Shown: positions 51,318-60,443, numbered from the stretch's first letter. The stretch is 64,000 bases of DNA from an uncultured Verrucomicrobiae bacterium (GCA_963707025.1 CAVPOM010000004.1:384001-448000); one strand, 5' to 3'. Numbers and translations are program-made. The notes: generated by a model from the sequence alone, not told the origin.

Positions 51318-51665
51318 TTAAATAAGACCTAAAACTTTCTTACCCAGCCTCTTACGACGCGGGGGATGCGGGATGGTTTCAAACAAGACCTGACGGCTCA
51401 AGCGTTGCATGGCTTTGATGGTGGCTTGCACCTCCCGCCACTCGGCAATGGCGTCATGGAGCCACTCATATTGTTCTTTGGAGAGAGCGACACTGACCGT
51501 TTTGCCTTTGACCTTGCGGGTCCACTGATAACAAGGGCCGCCTGCTCCGGGGCCGCGGTCTTGCACGTAGCCCTCGCTGATCCAGCCGGTTCTGGCCAGC
51601 CGGTCGCGTAATTGGGCGTATTGGGCCTGCCATTGGGCTGGCCGGGTTGTTTTGTGAGTCGGCAT
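51318..51665 (-). CDS. IS accessory protein (DUF6788-like)
   Basis: GPCYQWTRKVKGKTVSVALS motif; stop codon lies inside the left TIR. Confidence 0.75.
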   Translation of the reverse strand: MPTHKTTRPAQWQAQYAQLRDRLARTGWISEGYVQDRGPGAGGPCYQWTRKVKGKTVSVALSKEQYEWLHDAIAEWREVQATIKAMQRLSRQVLFETIPHPPRRKRLGKKVLGLI

Positions 51666-51690
51666 AAAGAAAAGAGTAGCAGACGTGTCA

Positions 51691-51716
51691 ATAAGGCGGT
51701 ATATATACCGCCTTAT
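51691..51716. promoter_or_regulatory. Perfect 26 bp palindrome between the divergent IS genes
   Basis: ATAAGGCGGTATATATACCGCCTTAT; its last two bases begin the transposase ATG. Confidence 0.8.
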
Positions 51717-53202
51717 GCCCGACACCCCCTTCTTCCCGGCCTGGCGGCCCCGTCTGGCGGCGGCGGGCCGCCGCTGTGCCCACAGCCTGGCGCGCCTCCG
51801 TCACGCCACCTTGAGTCAGATCGAGGACCGCCTGGCTCCCGCCTTGCCCACCGACCTCCTGCGAAAACCGGCCGCCGGCGACTACTCCCGCGAGCAGGTT
51901 TACACTCTGGTTCGCACCTGGTGGTGCTGGGTCTGGCCAGTCTTCCAAGCCAACACTTCCTGCCGCCACGTCGTCCTTCAGGTGCAGGCCCTGCTGGCCT
52001 TGGTCCAAGGCCCGGAACCGGAGCCGGACAGCAGCGCCTATTGCCAGGCCCGCGCCAAACTCCCCCTGGCCTTGCTGGAGCAAGCCTTCGCGGCCAGCGC
52101 CGACAGCGCCGAAAAGCGCGCCCCGGCCAGTACGCTGCTACAGGGCCGCCCGTTGAAAGCGGTCGATGGCAGCGGCACCCACCTGCCCGACACCCCGGCC
52201 AATCGGGCGGCCTTTCCCCCCAGCCAAAGCCTGCAGCCCGGCGGCGGCTTTCCCCACCTGCGCGTGGTGGCTCTGTTCTCCGCCGCCAGCGGCGCCCTTT
52301 TGGCCAAAGCCACCGGCAGCCTGCGCTCCTCCGAACTGGCTCTGTTTCTCCACGGCTTGCGCTCGGCTTTGCACCCCGGCGACATCCTCTTGGGCGACCG
52401 CGCCTATGGGGTTTATATTATCGCCGCCGTCCTCCAACTCCTGGGCGTGGATTTGCTCGCGCGGGTCTCCGTGCGCAACCGCAAGGTGGATTTCCGCCAG
52501 GCCCGCCAACGCCTGGGTCACTGGGACGCGCTCTTTACCTGGTCCAAACCCGGCCGGCCTTCGCCCCTGCTTTCGTTCCTGGAATGGCTCGGACTGCCGC
52601 CGCAGATCACGGTGCGGGTGCTGCGCGCGCGCCTGAGCCGGGCCGGCTTCCGCACCCGCCACCTGACCCTGGTCACGACCCTGTTGGATGCGGCGCTTTT
52701 TCCAGCGGAGGAACTGGCGGCCGCTTATGCCCGGCGCTGGCGCATGGAACTGTGCCTGGATGATCTCAAAACCACCCTGGGCATGCAGAGCCTGCATTGC
52801 CTCTGTCCCCGCATGGTGGAGAAAGAACTCCTGCTCTTCCTCACCGCCCATAATTTCCTGCGCTGGATCATGGCCGAAGCCGCGCAAAGCCAGAACGTGG
52901 ACTTGGATCGGATCAGTTTCAAAGGCAGCCTGGACGCCTTCCGGCAATGGACGCAGGCACTGGCACAACTCGGACACGCCCGGAACAAAGGGGGACGGCG
53001 CCGCCAATTATGGCAGCGGCTGCTCCGAAGGCTGGCGACCGATCTGGTGCCCAGGCGTCCGGGAAGAGCGGAGCCGCGCGCTGTCAAGAAACGATCCAAA
53101 TACCCCCATTTGAACAAATCGCGGCATCAATACCGCCAGCCCTGGAGCCGCAATAAACGCCGCCGTCTGGCCCGGGCCAAAAGAAAGGCTTCCCTTATTT
53201 AA
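51715..53202 (+). CDS. IS4 family DDE transposase
   Basis: SAYCQARAKL, AVDGS, GDRAY, YARRWRMELCLDDLK (YREK signature), EPRAVKKR. Confidence 0.92.
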   Translation: MPDTPFFPAWRPRLAAAGRRCAHSLARLRHATLSQIEDRLAPALPTDLLRKPAAGDYSREQVYTLVRTWWCWVWPVFQANTSCRHVVLQVQALLALVQGPEPEPDSSAYCQARAKLPLALLEQAFAASADSAEKRAPASTLLQGRPLKAVDGSGTHLPDTPANRAAFPPSQSLQPGGGFPHLRVVALFSAASGALLAKATGSLRSSELALFLHGLRSALHPGDILLGDRAYGVYIIAAVLQLLGVDLLARVSVRNRKVDFRQARQRLGHWDALFTWSKPGRPSPLLSFLEWLGLPPQITVRVLRARLSRAGFRTRHLTLVTTLLDAALFPAEELAAAYARRWRMELCLDDLKTTLGMQSLHCLCPRMVEKELLLFLTAHNFLRWIMAEAAQSQNVDLDRISFKGSLDAFRQWTQALAQLGHARNKGGRRRQLWQRLLRRLATDLVPRRPGRAEPRAVKKRSKYPHLNKSRHQYRQPWSRNKRRRLARAKRKASLI

Positions 53203-53211
53203 GCGCCATTC

Positions 53212-53312
53212 CCCGTCCTCGGGCGCAGCAGCGCGGGAAACACGGCGCGCCGGTAATCTTCCTGCGCACCCAAAAAATCCCCGGCTTGCTGCCGCCGGGG
53301 ACGGCCGCACTC
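53212..53312. repeat. REP pair interrupted by the IS4 element
   Basis: Reconstructed target GGAGTGCGCCCGTCCTCGGGCGCAGC pairs with the inverted GCTGCCGCCGGGGACGGCCGCACTCC near 53288-53313. Confidence 0.7.
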
Positions 53313-53437
53313 CGCCAGCAACAGTGTCAAGCTGCGCCCCCCGCTGCGCGGGGAGAAAGCAGATTGGCTTGCTCATCGGGTTATTTCTTGAAAAGAGAAG
53401 AGATAGCGCGCATCCATCCTTTTGCACCGCCTCATAT

Positions 53438-54518
53438 ATGACGCAAATGAAACTTGGCCTGGGTTTATATCGTCACGCCCTTACCCGCGATAATTTTCAG
53501 TTTGCGCGCCAGGCGGGGGCCACGCATATCGTCGCCCATCTGGTGGATTACTTTCACGGTGGCGGGCAGAACCCGCGCGACAATCAACCCACCGGCACCG
53601 AACAGGGCTGGGGGCGGGCGGGCGACCCCAATCGTCTCTGGTCTCTGGAGGAATTGGTGTCGTTGCGCCAGGAAATCCAGGCTGCCGGCCTGGAGCTGGA
53701 GGCCATCGAGAATTTTGACCCCGCTCACTGGCACGACATCCTGCTCGACGGCCCCAGGAAGAAGCAACAGATGGAGAACGTCAAAACGATTATCCGGCGT
53801 CTCGGCCAGGCCGGCATCCCGATCATGGGCTACAATTTCAGCATCGCCGGAGTTTGCGGGCGCACGAGCGCGCCTTACGCGCGGGGCGGCGCGGAATCCG
53901 TCGGCATGGAAGGCCCGCTCGACACGCCGATGCCCAAAGGGATGGTTTGGAACATGATTTATGACCCGGATGCGCCGGAGGGCTGCGTGCCCGCTGTTAG
54001 TCCGGAGGAACTTTGGCGGAGATTCAGCGAGTTTTTGCGTGAAATCACCCCCATCGCCGCCGAGTCCGGCGTCCGGCTGGCGGCGCATCCCGATGATCCC
54101 CCCTTGCCGACCCTGCGCGGCCAGCCCCGCCTGGTTTATCAGCCGCAGCATTATCAGCGTTTGCTGGACCTGGTGCCCAGCCCGGCCAACGCGCTGGAGT
54201 TCTGCCTTGGCTCGCTGGCGGAAATGACGGAGGGCGACCTTTACGAAACGGTGGATCGCTGCAGCCGGCAAGGGCGCATTGCCTACGTCCATTTCCGCAA
54301 TGTCCGCGGCAAAGCGCCGTTCTATCGGGAAACTTTTGTGGATGAGGGTGATGTGGATATGTTGCGGGTGCTGCGCATCCTGAAGAACAACCAATATGAC
54401 GGTGTGCTCATACCCGACCATACTCCGCAAATGCGGTGTGGCGCGCCCTGGCATGCCCGGCATGGCCTTCGCGCTGGGCTATATGCGCGCCGGCTTGCAG
54501 TGGATTGGCCGGGAATAG
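53438..54518 (+). CDS. uxuA: Mannonate dehydratase, +1 frameshift near 54458
   Basis: GYNF, AHPDDPP, HFRNV, DEGDVDM, PDHTP; removing one C gives GMAFALGYMRA to TAG at 54518. Confidence 0.85.
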
Positions 54519-54643
54519 ATTGGGCGCGCGCCATTTCCGGAATTTACCCGAAATCGCCAAAAATATGTTATTGATAACCAGCAGGTTACATCAATTCTAA
54601 TCCCCCTGAAGATATTTTTACTGGACATTTTGTGCGATCTCAT

Positions 54644-54664
54644 TTAGTTTTGCCTCCGAACTAA
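54644..54664 (+). promoter_or_regulatory. Putative ROK operator (autoregulatory)
   Basis: TTAGTTTTGCCTCCGAACTAA overlapping the -10 of TGGACA-17-TAGTTT. Confidence 0.65.
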
Positions 54665-54696
54665 TCCACAGCGAAAAAAATGCTCACGGCATTGTC

Positions 54697-55908
54697 ATGC
54701 GCAAAATTGATCTAAACAATTTTCAGGTGGCGACCAGTGAAACGATTCGCGACATCAACAGCCGCATCGTTCTCAACTTGGTGCGCAAACATCAACCGGT
54801 TTCGCGGGCGGATTTGATGCGCTTCTCCGGTTTGCAGCGCAGCACTGTTTCGGCCATCGCCGAGCGGCTTCTGGCTGACAATTGGTTGAAGGAAGGGGCC
54901 CTGGGTGATTTGCCGCGGGGCCGCAAACCGACTTATCTGCACCTCAACGCCGAGCGCTGCGGGGTGATTGGCGTGGACGTGCAGCCGGCGGCCACGACCA
55001 TGGCCGTGGCCAGCACGGAGGCGGAGTTGTTGGCCCAGGAATCCATGCCGACGCCCAAAGATCCTGCCGAGTTTATTTCCCGTTTAAGCCGCCGGGTGAA
55101 GGATTTGATCCGGGCCCATCCCAAAAGCTCCTACGAAGGGGTCGGAGTCAGCCTGCCCGGGCGGATAGACGCGATGACCGACCGGCTGATTTTTGCCCCG
55201 ACCCTGGGGTGGAATGACCTGAACCTGAAAACGCCGCTCGAACAGGCCATCGGACTGCCGGTGAAACTGGAAAACTCCGCCAACGCCTGCGCGCTGGCTG
55301 AATTATGGTCGGGGCGGCTGACGGAGGGCGCGGGCAATGTGGTGGCGGTGACCGTTTCGGATGACATCGGAGTGGGCATGATCATGAACGGCCAACTGAT
55401 CCGCGGCTCGACGGGCATGGCCGGGGAGTTTGGGCATGTGGCGCAAATGCCGGGCGGCCCCAAGTGCAGTTGCGGCAACAGCGGATGCTGGGAAGCGCTG
55501 GCCTCCAACGCCGCCGCGGTGCGCTATTACGCGGAGGCCACTTCCGTTCCCAAAGGCGAGATCGGCTCCAAAAGCGACATGGCGCGGGTCCCCTTCGCGG
55601 ACATTCTGCGGCTGGTCGAACAAGGGGACCCCAAAGCTGGCCGGGCCTTGCACCGCATGGCGCACCATTTGGGCGTCGGCATTGCCATGCTGGCGACCGG
55701 TCTGGCGCCCGATGTGCTGGTCGTGGTGGGAGAAGTGACGCGGGCCTGGGAAAAGGTTGAGCCGGTCGTGGCGGCGGCGGTGCGGCGGCGGCTGTCGGCG
55801 CGCGCCTCCATCCGGATTGTGGCGGGCGATGCGGAGTTGCAGCCGCGGCTGCGGGGCACCATCGCGCTGGTTCTACAGCAACACTTTGTCGCTCCTTCCA
55901 TCGCATGA
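54697..55908 (+). CDS. ROK family transcriptional regulator (XylR/NagC-like)
   Basis: N-terminal HTH SRADL...TVS, GRKP, ENSANACALAE, AGEFGH, CSCGNSGCWE. Confidence 0.92.
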   Translation: MRKIDLNNFQVATSETIRDINSRIVLNLVRKHQPVSRADLMRFSGLQRSTVSAIAERLLADNWLKEGALGDLPRGRKPTYLHLNAERCGVIGVDVQPAATTMAVASTEAELLAQESMPTPKDPAEFISRLSRRVKDLIRAHPKSSYEGVGVSLPGRIDAMTDRLIFAPTLGWNDLNLKTPLEQAIGLPVKLENSANACALAELWSGRLTEGAGNVVAVTVSDDIGVGMIMNGQLIRGSTGMAGEFGHVAQMPGGPKCSCGNSGCWEALASNAAAVRYYAEATSVPKGEIGSKSDMARVPFADILRLVEQGDPKAGRALHRMAHHLGVGIAMLATGLAPDVLVVVGEVTRAWEKVEPVVAAAVRRRLSARASIRIVAGDAELQPRLRGTIALVLQQHFVAPSIA

Positions 55909-55946
55909 TCACAACAAGACAAACTAATGCTGCGGCATGTGCAGAT

Positions 55947-55967
55947 ATAGTTCGCAAACCGAACTAA
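55947..55967 (+). promoter_or_regulatory. Putative ROK operator upstream of the AraC-family gene
   Basis: ATAGTTCGCAAACCGAACTAA. Confidence 0.65.
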
Positions 55968-55986
55968 TTCACTTTGAGGACATCCG

Positions 55987-56598
55987 ATGAAGAATGACGC
56001 CATAGGATACGCCGGCACGGACCTTCCCAGCCTGACCGTGCTGGCCGCCCTGGGCGCCGGGCGGCGTCAGGAGGAAGATGAGCGGAGGCCAACCCGGGCC
56101 AGATCGGCAGGCGCGCGCAAAATCGAGCAGAGCATTGATTACATGATGCAGCACCTCAACCAGCCGCTGCAAGTGGCCGAGTTGGCGGAAGCGGCCCACA
56201 CCTCCCCGTCCCATTTCTTCGTGCTCTTCAAGCGCTGGGCCGGGCTTTCACCCATTGACTATTTCATCCGCTTGCGCATGCGGCAGGCCTGCCACTTGCT
56301 GGCGGCCACGCCCATGAGCGTCAAGGAGGTGGCGGCGGTTCTGGGTTACGACGATCCTTTTTATTTCTCCCGCCTCTTCAAATCCGTCAACGGCACGCCT
56401 CCCACCGATTACCGGCTGCGGATGGAAATATCGGACCCGGGGCAAAACCCGGGCGGGAGGCCGCGAGCAGTGGAAGAGGTGTCGTTGCCCCGGCTTCCGC
56501 TGGCACAACATTTCCCACAAAATGGCGGCGGTGTGGAGACGGCGCACGAAGATCAAGGCAAGCTCCAGCCCGCCCGCAGGATGGTGTCATTGCGTTGA
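55987..56598 (+). CDS. AraC family transcriptional regulator, lacking a full sensor domain
   Basis: SPSHFFVLFK...SVKEVAAVLGYDDPFYFSRLFK..G.PP..YR double HTH. Confidence 0.9.
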   Translation: MKNDAIGYAGTDLPSLTVLAALGAGRRQEEDERRPTRARSAGARKIEQSIDYMMQHLNQPLQVAELAEAAHTSPSHFFVLFKRWAGLSPIDYFIRLRMRQACHLLAATPMSVKEVAAVLGYDDPFYFSRLFKSVNGTPPTDYRLRMEISDPGQNPGGRPRAVEEVSLPRLPLAQHFPQNGGGVETAHEDQGKLQPARRMVSLR

Positions 56599-56617
56599 GG
56601 AAAACCCATAAAATAAC

Positions 56618-57442
56618 ATGAAAGCTATGAACCGAATCTCATCCCCACTGCAAAAAAACAGGCGCGGTGGTTTCACCCTGATCGAATTGCTGGTGGTCAT
56701 TGCCATCATTGCCATTTTGGCCGCGCTGCTCCTGCCGGCCCTGGCCAAGGCCAAGGTCATGGCCAATCGCACCACCTGCAAGAGCAACGAGAAACAACAA
56801 GTCCTGGCGCTGAACATGTACGCAGGAGAGAACCGCGACAACCTTCCCATCAGCGACGCGGGCTATTGGGCGCATGACATGAGCAGCAACATCTGTCAGG
56901 CCATGAACGCCAATGGCGCCACCTACAAGATTTGGTATGATCCCACCGACCGCGGGGATTCGTCCGCCAATCTCCTGCAGGAATGGACCAACTGGGAATT
57001 CCTCGGTTATGCGCAGGTGGGCTATGCTCAAACTTTCCCCGGCACGGCTTCCTACTCCCAATACGGGAATTGGAAATTTCAGACCAATCTGAATTTTAAA
57101 CTGGGTGCCAGTTCGATTACCATCCCGTCGGGAGTGATGAGTCCTCCGAGTCTTACCTTCCCAATTTCCGCCGCCAGCCGCCCGCAGGTGGCGTGCGAAA
57201 TGCTCACCACCGCGAATGGCAGCCCTCCCCCCAGTGTCATAACCCCAACTGTTTTGAACAGCTACCCTTGGATTGGGCTTATTGGGCAGTACACATATAC
57301 CACTTCCCACATGGCCAATGCGACTACTCCCGCCGGCATCAATATCGGAATGCTGGACGGCCACGTCGAATGGCGCTCTTTTAGTTCCATAAACATTCAG
57401 CCCCGGGCGGGCGATGGCACGGCGCCGGTGTACTTTTACTGA
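56618..57442 (+). CDS. Prepilin-type N-terminal cleavage/methylation protein with H-X9-DG-like motif (DUF1559-like)
   Basis: [27 protein letters not shown]...[13 protein letters not shown]. Confidence 0.9.
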   Translation: MKAMNRISSPLQKNRRGGFTLIELLVVIAIIAILAALLLPALAKAKVMANRTTCKSNEKQQVLALNMYAGENRDNLPISDAGYWAHDMSSNICQAMNANGATYKIWYDPTDRGDSSANLLQEWTNWEFLGYAQVGYAQTFPGTASYSQYGNWKFQTNLNFKLGASSITIPSGVMSPPSLTFPISAASRPQVACEMLTTANGSPPPSVITPTVLNSYPWIGLIGQYTYTTSHMANATTPAGINIGMLDGHVEWRSFSSINIQPRAGDGTAPVYFY

Positions 57443-57467
57443 CGGCGGATGTGGCCCAGGCCATCAG

Positions 57468-57500
57468 AGGATTCTCCATGAAAACAATAGTTTTGTCCAT
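57468..57500 (+). promoter_or_regulatory. Putative AraC-family tandem binding site
   Basis: AGGATTCTCCAT-N10-GTTTTGTCCAT; TGnCAGAAT -10-like element about 22 bp downstream. Confidence 0.5.
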
Positions 57501-57606
57501 TCCATTGCCACCCGTTTATTGGCAGAATTAGAGCAATCAACATTCCACTGGCAACGGTTGCGGCGCTTTGCTGTCGCCCCATGCCCTCGAAAAAATAGCT
57601 GATGAT

Positions 57607-57627
57607 TTTGTTCGCGGCCAAAACTAA
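57607..57627 (+). promoter_or_regulatory. Putative ROK operator upstream of the large secreted protein
   Basis: TTTGTTCGCGGCCAAAACTAA. Confidence 0.6.
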
Positions 57628-57780
57628 TCGGCTGACCGAAAAACGAAAACCCGGACAGTCTAAATATTGAGACCACCACCAAAGATGAAACACCCGGATC
57701 AATTTTGGCCATGAAACGATTTTGAAGGACAGCCCCTCTCCTCCAGCCTGCAACCAAATAAAAAAGCAAATAAAATCCCT

Positions 57781-60360
57781 ATGAAAAAGCAAATCATGCA
57801 GTGTCTGTCGTTCGCCCTGACAGCCCTGGGCATAATGTTGATGGGCGCCGCGGCGCGAGCCGACATCAACGGAAGCAGTACGACACAAACGACCAACGCT
57901 TGGCCGAGCGAGGCGAATCCAATCATTTACAGCACAGCGCCGCTGGCGACGTTTGCCGGCACCACCAGCCTGACCGCGGACGGAACACCCACGCCCGCAA
58001 CGGGGGCGCTGGCAAACGCGTTGGGCGAGCTAATCACCATATCCAACACCGCGGGGACTTTGGGAGGCATTGCGGGACCCGGCGCCGGGACCAACTATGT
58101 CCTGACGGGCATTGCCATGCTGGTTTCGGGCTACAGCGCGACCGTGCCATGCACCCTGCATATTTACGACGTGACCAGCAATTTGACCGCCAGCAGCGGG
58201 AACCCGCTTCAGGTCGCCTCCGGCAGTTTCAAAGCGGCGACGCCATTGCCGGTGGGGGATCTTTTGGGCGAGAATCAGGGATTGGAATTCACCAATGCGG
58301 CCGCCGCAGGGGCGGAACATATCCTTTATTTGGGCCTGATGAACGGGCCGAACACGTATGGCGACGAAGTGATACTCGCATCCAACCACACCTACGCCAT
58401 AGTCGTGTCGGTGCCAACCGCAGCCGCTCCGGGCGGCGCGGGTGGATTTGATTGGTTCAAGAGCGCCACGGCGGACCTCGGCGGGCAGGCGATGGGCAGC
58501 GTGGACGCGCTGAATCCAAACCAGGCCTACCAGACCATCAACGCTTTGGGCCAGGCGGGCGGCGCACCCCGCACCTTCGCCCTGGCCCTTTACGGGGTGC
58601 CGGCGGCGACCAATCAGGCGCCCTCAGTCAATAACTCCACCAATGTGGTGGCGACGACGAATTACTGGATTGACCAGTTCAACGCCCTCTCCGTCTTGCC
58701 GGGAAACCCCTATTACACCAATGCGGCCAATCCCGCGGGGGTTGACTACAGCGCCGGTAACATCAGCGCCATCTGGGGGAATTGGTTCGGCCAAGCCGTG
58801 ACTTTTACGTGGGACAACACCCAGGATGCCCAAGGCAACCTGAACGGCGGGCTGGGCGGCTCGATGGTCGTTCAAACCACCTTCACCCAGGGCTCGCAGT
58901 TGGAGGCCTGGGATGGCGCCAGCGGCATCACTCCCAACTTGAATGGCGCGGCTCTTGGATTCACCACCTTCGAGTGTGATGTGATGTTTGACTCCAGCTC
59001 CGCCACTCAGACCAATTACACGACGGGCCTGGTGTATTTCGGCAACCTGCAGTTCGGACAACGCACGGCCCCGGCCTTTGGCCAGGATTATTTTCCGGGC
59101 GTCGTTCTCGTTCCCCAGGCCATGTCCAACCAGTGGGTTCACGTCAAGCTGAATCTCAACACGAGCGATCCGGCCTTAACCGACATCGCCGACATCCTCG
59201 TTCACATTTATGGGCCTTTTGGAAATGGAGGCACCAATGCCGATGATTTAATCGGGCCGGCCATGTTCTGGGTGGACAACATGAAGTTTAAAGGCCCGCT
59301 CGCCATTCCCCTGATCCCGCCCCCCTCGGTGAAAATCGCCAACACCACGCCGGGCGCGGCGCGGTTTTTCGCAGTGGCTCCACAATACACCCGCGTCATC
59401 CTTGCGACGACGGACACCAGCCAGTCCTGGATCGGCAGCAAAACCGACACGGGCGATCCCACGGCCCCATTTGCCTCTCCCGTGAGTTATTCTTTCACCC
59501 TCAGCCACATTGCCACCCAGCCCGGCGTTCAAACCGGCATTTGGCTGGTGCAAAACGACACCGGAACCTACAACGGACAAGATTACAGCGGGCCCACCGA
59601 ACTCTGGCTTGAGATTCTGGGCAACGGCGCCAACGGCGTCACAGGCAACGTGGCCTGGAAAGCCAACGATCCCGGCGCCAATCCCACCAACACCGTGCTC
59701 AATTTTACCAACACGGTTGGCGCAGGCACCTGGACGCTGACGTTCACCGGGGAAACCAACGGCACACTCATGGCCCCGGGTTGGACGACCGCCTCCAACT
59801 TCACCATCCCTGATCCCACTGTCGCGACCGATTTCGCCAATCCCTTGACGGCTGTTTTTGGAATGCAAGACAATAATGGCGCCGCCGTCGGGGCTTGGGA
59901 CGACTTCACGCAAATCAGCGTCACCAATGTGACCGGCGTGAACGAGCTGGACGTGTTCTCCCTGGACACGGCCATTGATTTGACGAACCAATGGACGGGT
60001 AAATACAACACCGGCACACCCACCGGCTATTATCAGATCACTAATGCCGCCGCCAATGGCGGGGCTGGTTTTACTTCGGCTTATCCCGCCAATCTGGCAA
60101 CCCCCATCGTCCTGGTGACGACCAACACCCCGTTCTGGATTACGTGGAATGTCACGACCAATGGGTACGGCTTGGCGGAAAGCACCAACGGCGTGTTGCC
60201 GATCACGTCACTGGTTTCGCCAGCCTCGCTCAGCGGATACATAGATGTGCAGCCACAACTTGTCCAGGCCGGCACGAACTGGGCCTTGATTCCGCTGGAT
60301 TGTCTCCCCGCGACAAACCAGGCTTTTTTCCGCGTGGTCAATCCGCCTCCACAGAATTAG
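57781..60360 (+). CDS. Large secreted Thr/Asn-rich beta-strand protein of unknown function
   Basis: Signal peptide ending ARA; internal domain shared with the next gene; ends QAFFRVVNPP. Confidence 0.85.
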   Translation: MKKQIMQCLSFALTALGIMLMGAAARADINGSSTTQTTNAWPSEANPIIYSTAPLATFAGTTSLTADGTPTPATGALANALGELITISNTAGTLGGIAGPGAGTNYVLTGIAMLVSGYSATVPCTLHIYDVTSNLTASSGNPLQVASGSFKAATPLPVGDLLGENQGLEFTNAAAAGAEHILYLGLMNGPNTYGDEVILASNHTYAIVVSVPTAAAPGGAGGFDWFKSATADLGGQAMGSVDALNPNQAYQTINALGQAGGAPRTFALALYGVPAATNQAPSVNNSTNVVATTNYWIDQFNALSVLPGNPYYTNAANPAGVDYSAGNISAIWGNWFGQAVTFTWDNTQDAQGNLNGGLGGSMVVQTTFTQGSQLEAWDGASGITPNLNGAALGFTTFECDVMFDSSSATQTNYTTGLVYFGNLQFGQRTAPAFGQDYFPGVVLVPQAMSNQWVHVKLNLNTSDPALTDIADILVHIYGPFGNGGTNADDLIGPAMFWVDNMKFKGPLAIPLIPPPSVKIANTTPGAARFFAVAPQYTRVILATTDTSQSWIGSKTDTGDPTAPFASPVSYSFTLSHIATQPGVQTGIWLVQNDTGTYNGQDYSGPTELWLEILGNGANGVTGNVAWKANDPGANPTNTVLNFTNTVGAGTWTLTFTGETNGTLMAPGWTTASNFTIPDPTVATDFANPLTAVFGMQDNNGAAVGAWDDFTQISVTNVTGVNELDVFSLDTAIDLTNQWTGKYNTGTPTGYYQITNAAANGGAGFTSAYPANLATPIVLVTTNTPFWITWNVTTNGYGLAESTNGVLPITSLVSPASLSGYIDVQPQLVQAGTNWALIPLDCLPATNQAFFRVVNPPPQN

Positions 60361-60385
60361 GGTAGGATTGGCTGAAAGGTTCCAG

Positions 60386-60417
60386 GAAGGCGTCGGGAAA
60401 CCGGCGCCTTCTTTTTT
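60386..60417 (+). terminator. Rho-independent terminator
   Basis: GAAGGCGTCGG-GAAA-CCGGCGCCTTC followed by T6. Confidence 0.8.
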
Positions 60418-60443
60418 CGGTCGCGGTGTAAAGCAGAAAACTA

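Larger units (their letters stand above)
51309..53211. mobile_element. Intact IS4-family insertion sequence with two divergent ORFs
   Basis: Perfect 18 bp TIRs GAATGGCGCTTAAATAAG / CTTATTTAAGCGCCATTC; 12 bp target duplication CCCGTCCTCGGG at 51297-51308 and 53212-53223. Confidence 0.92.
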
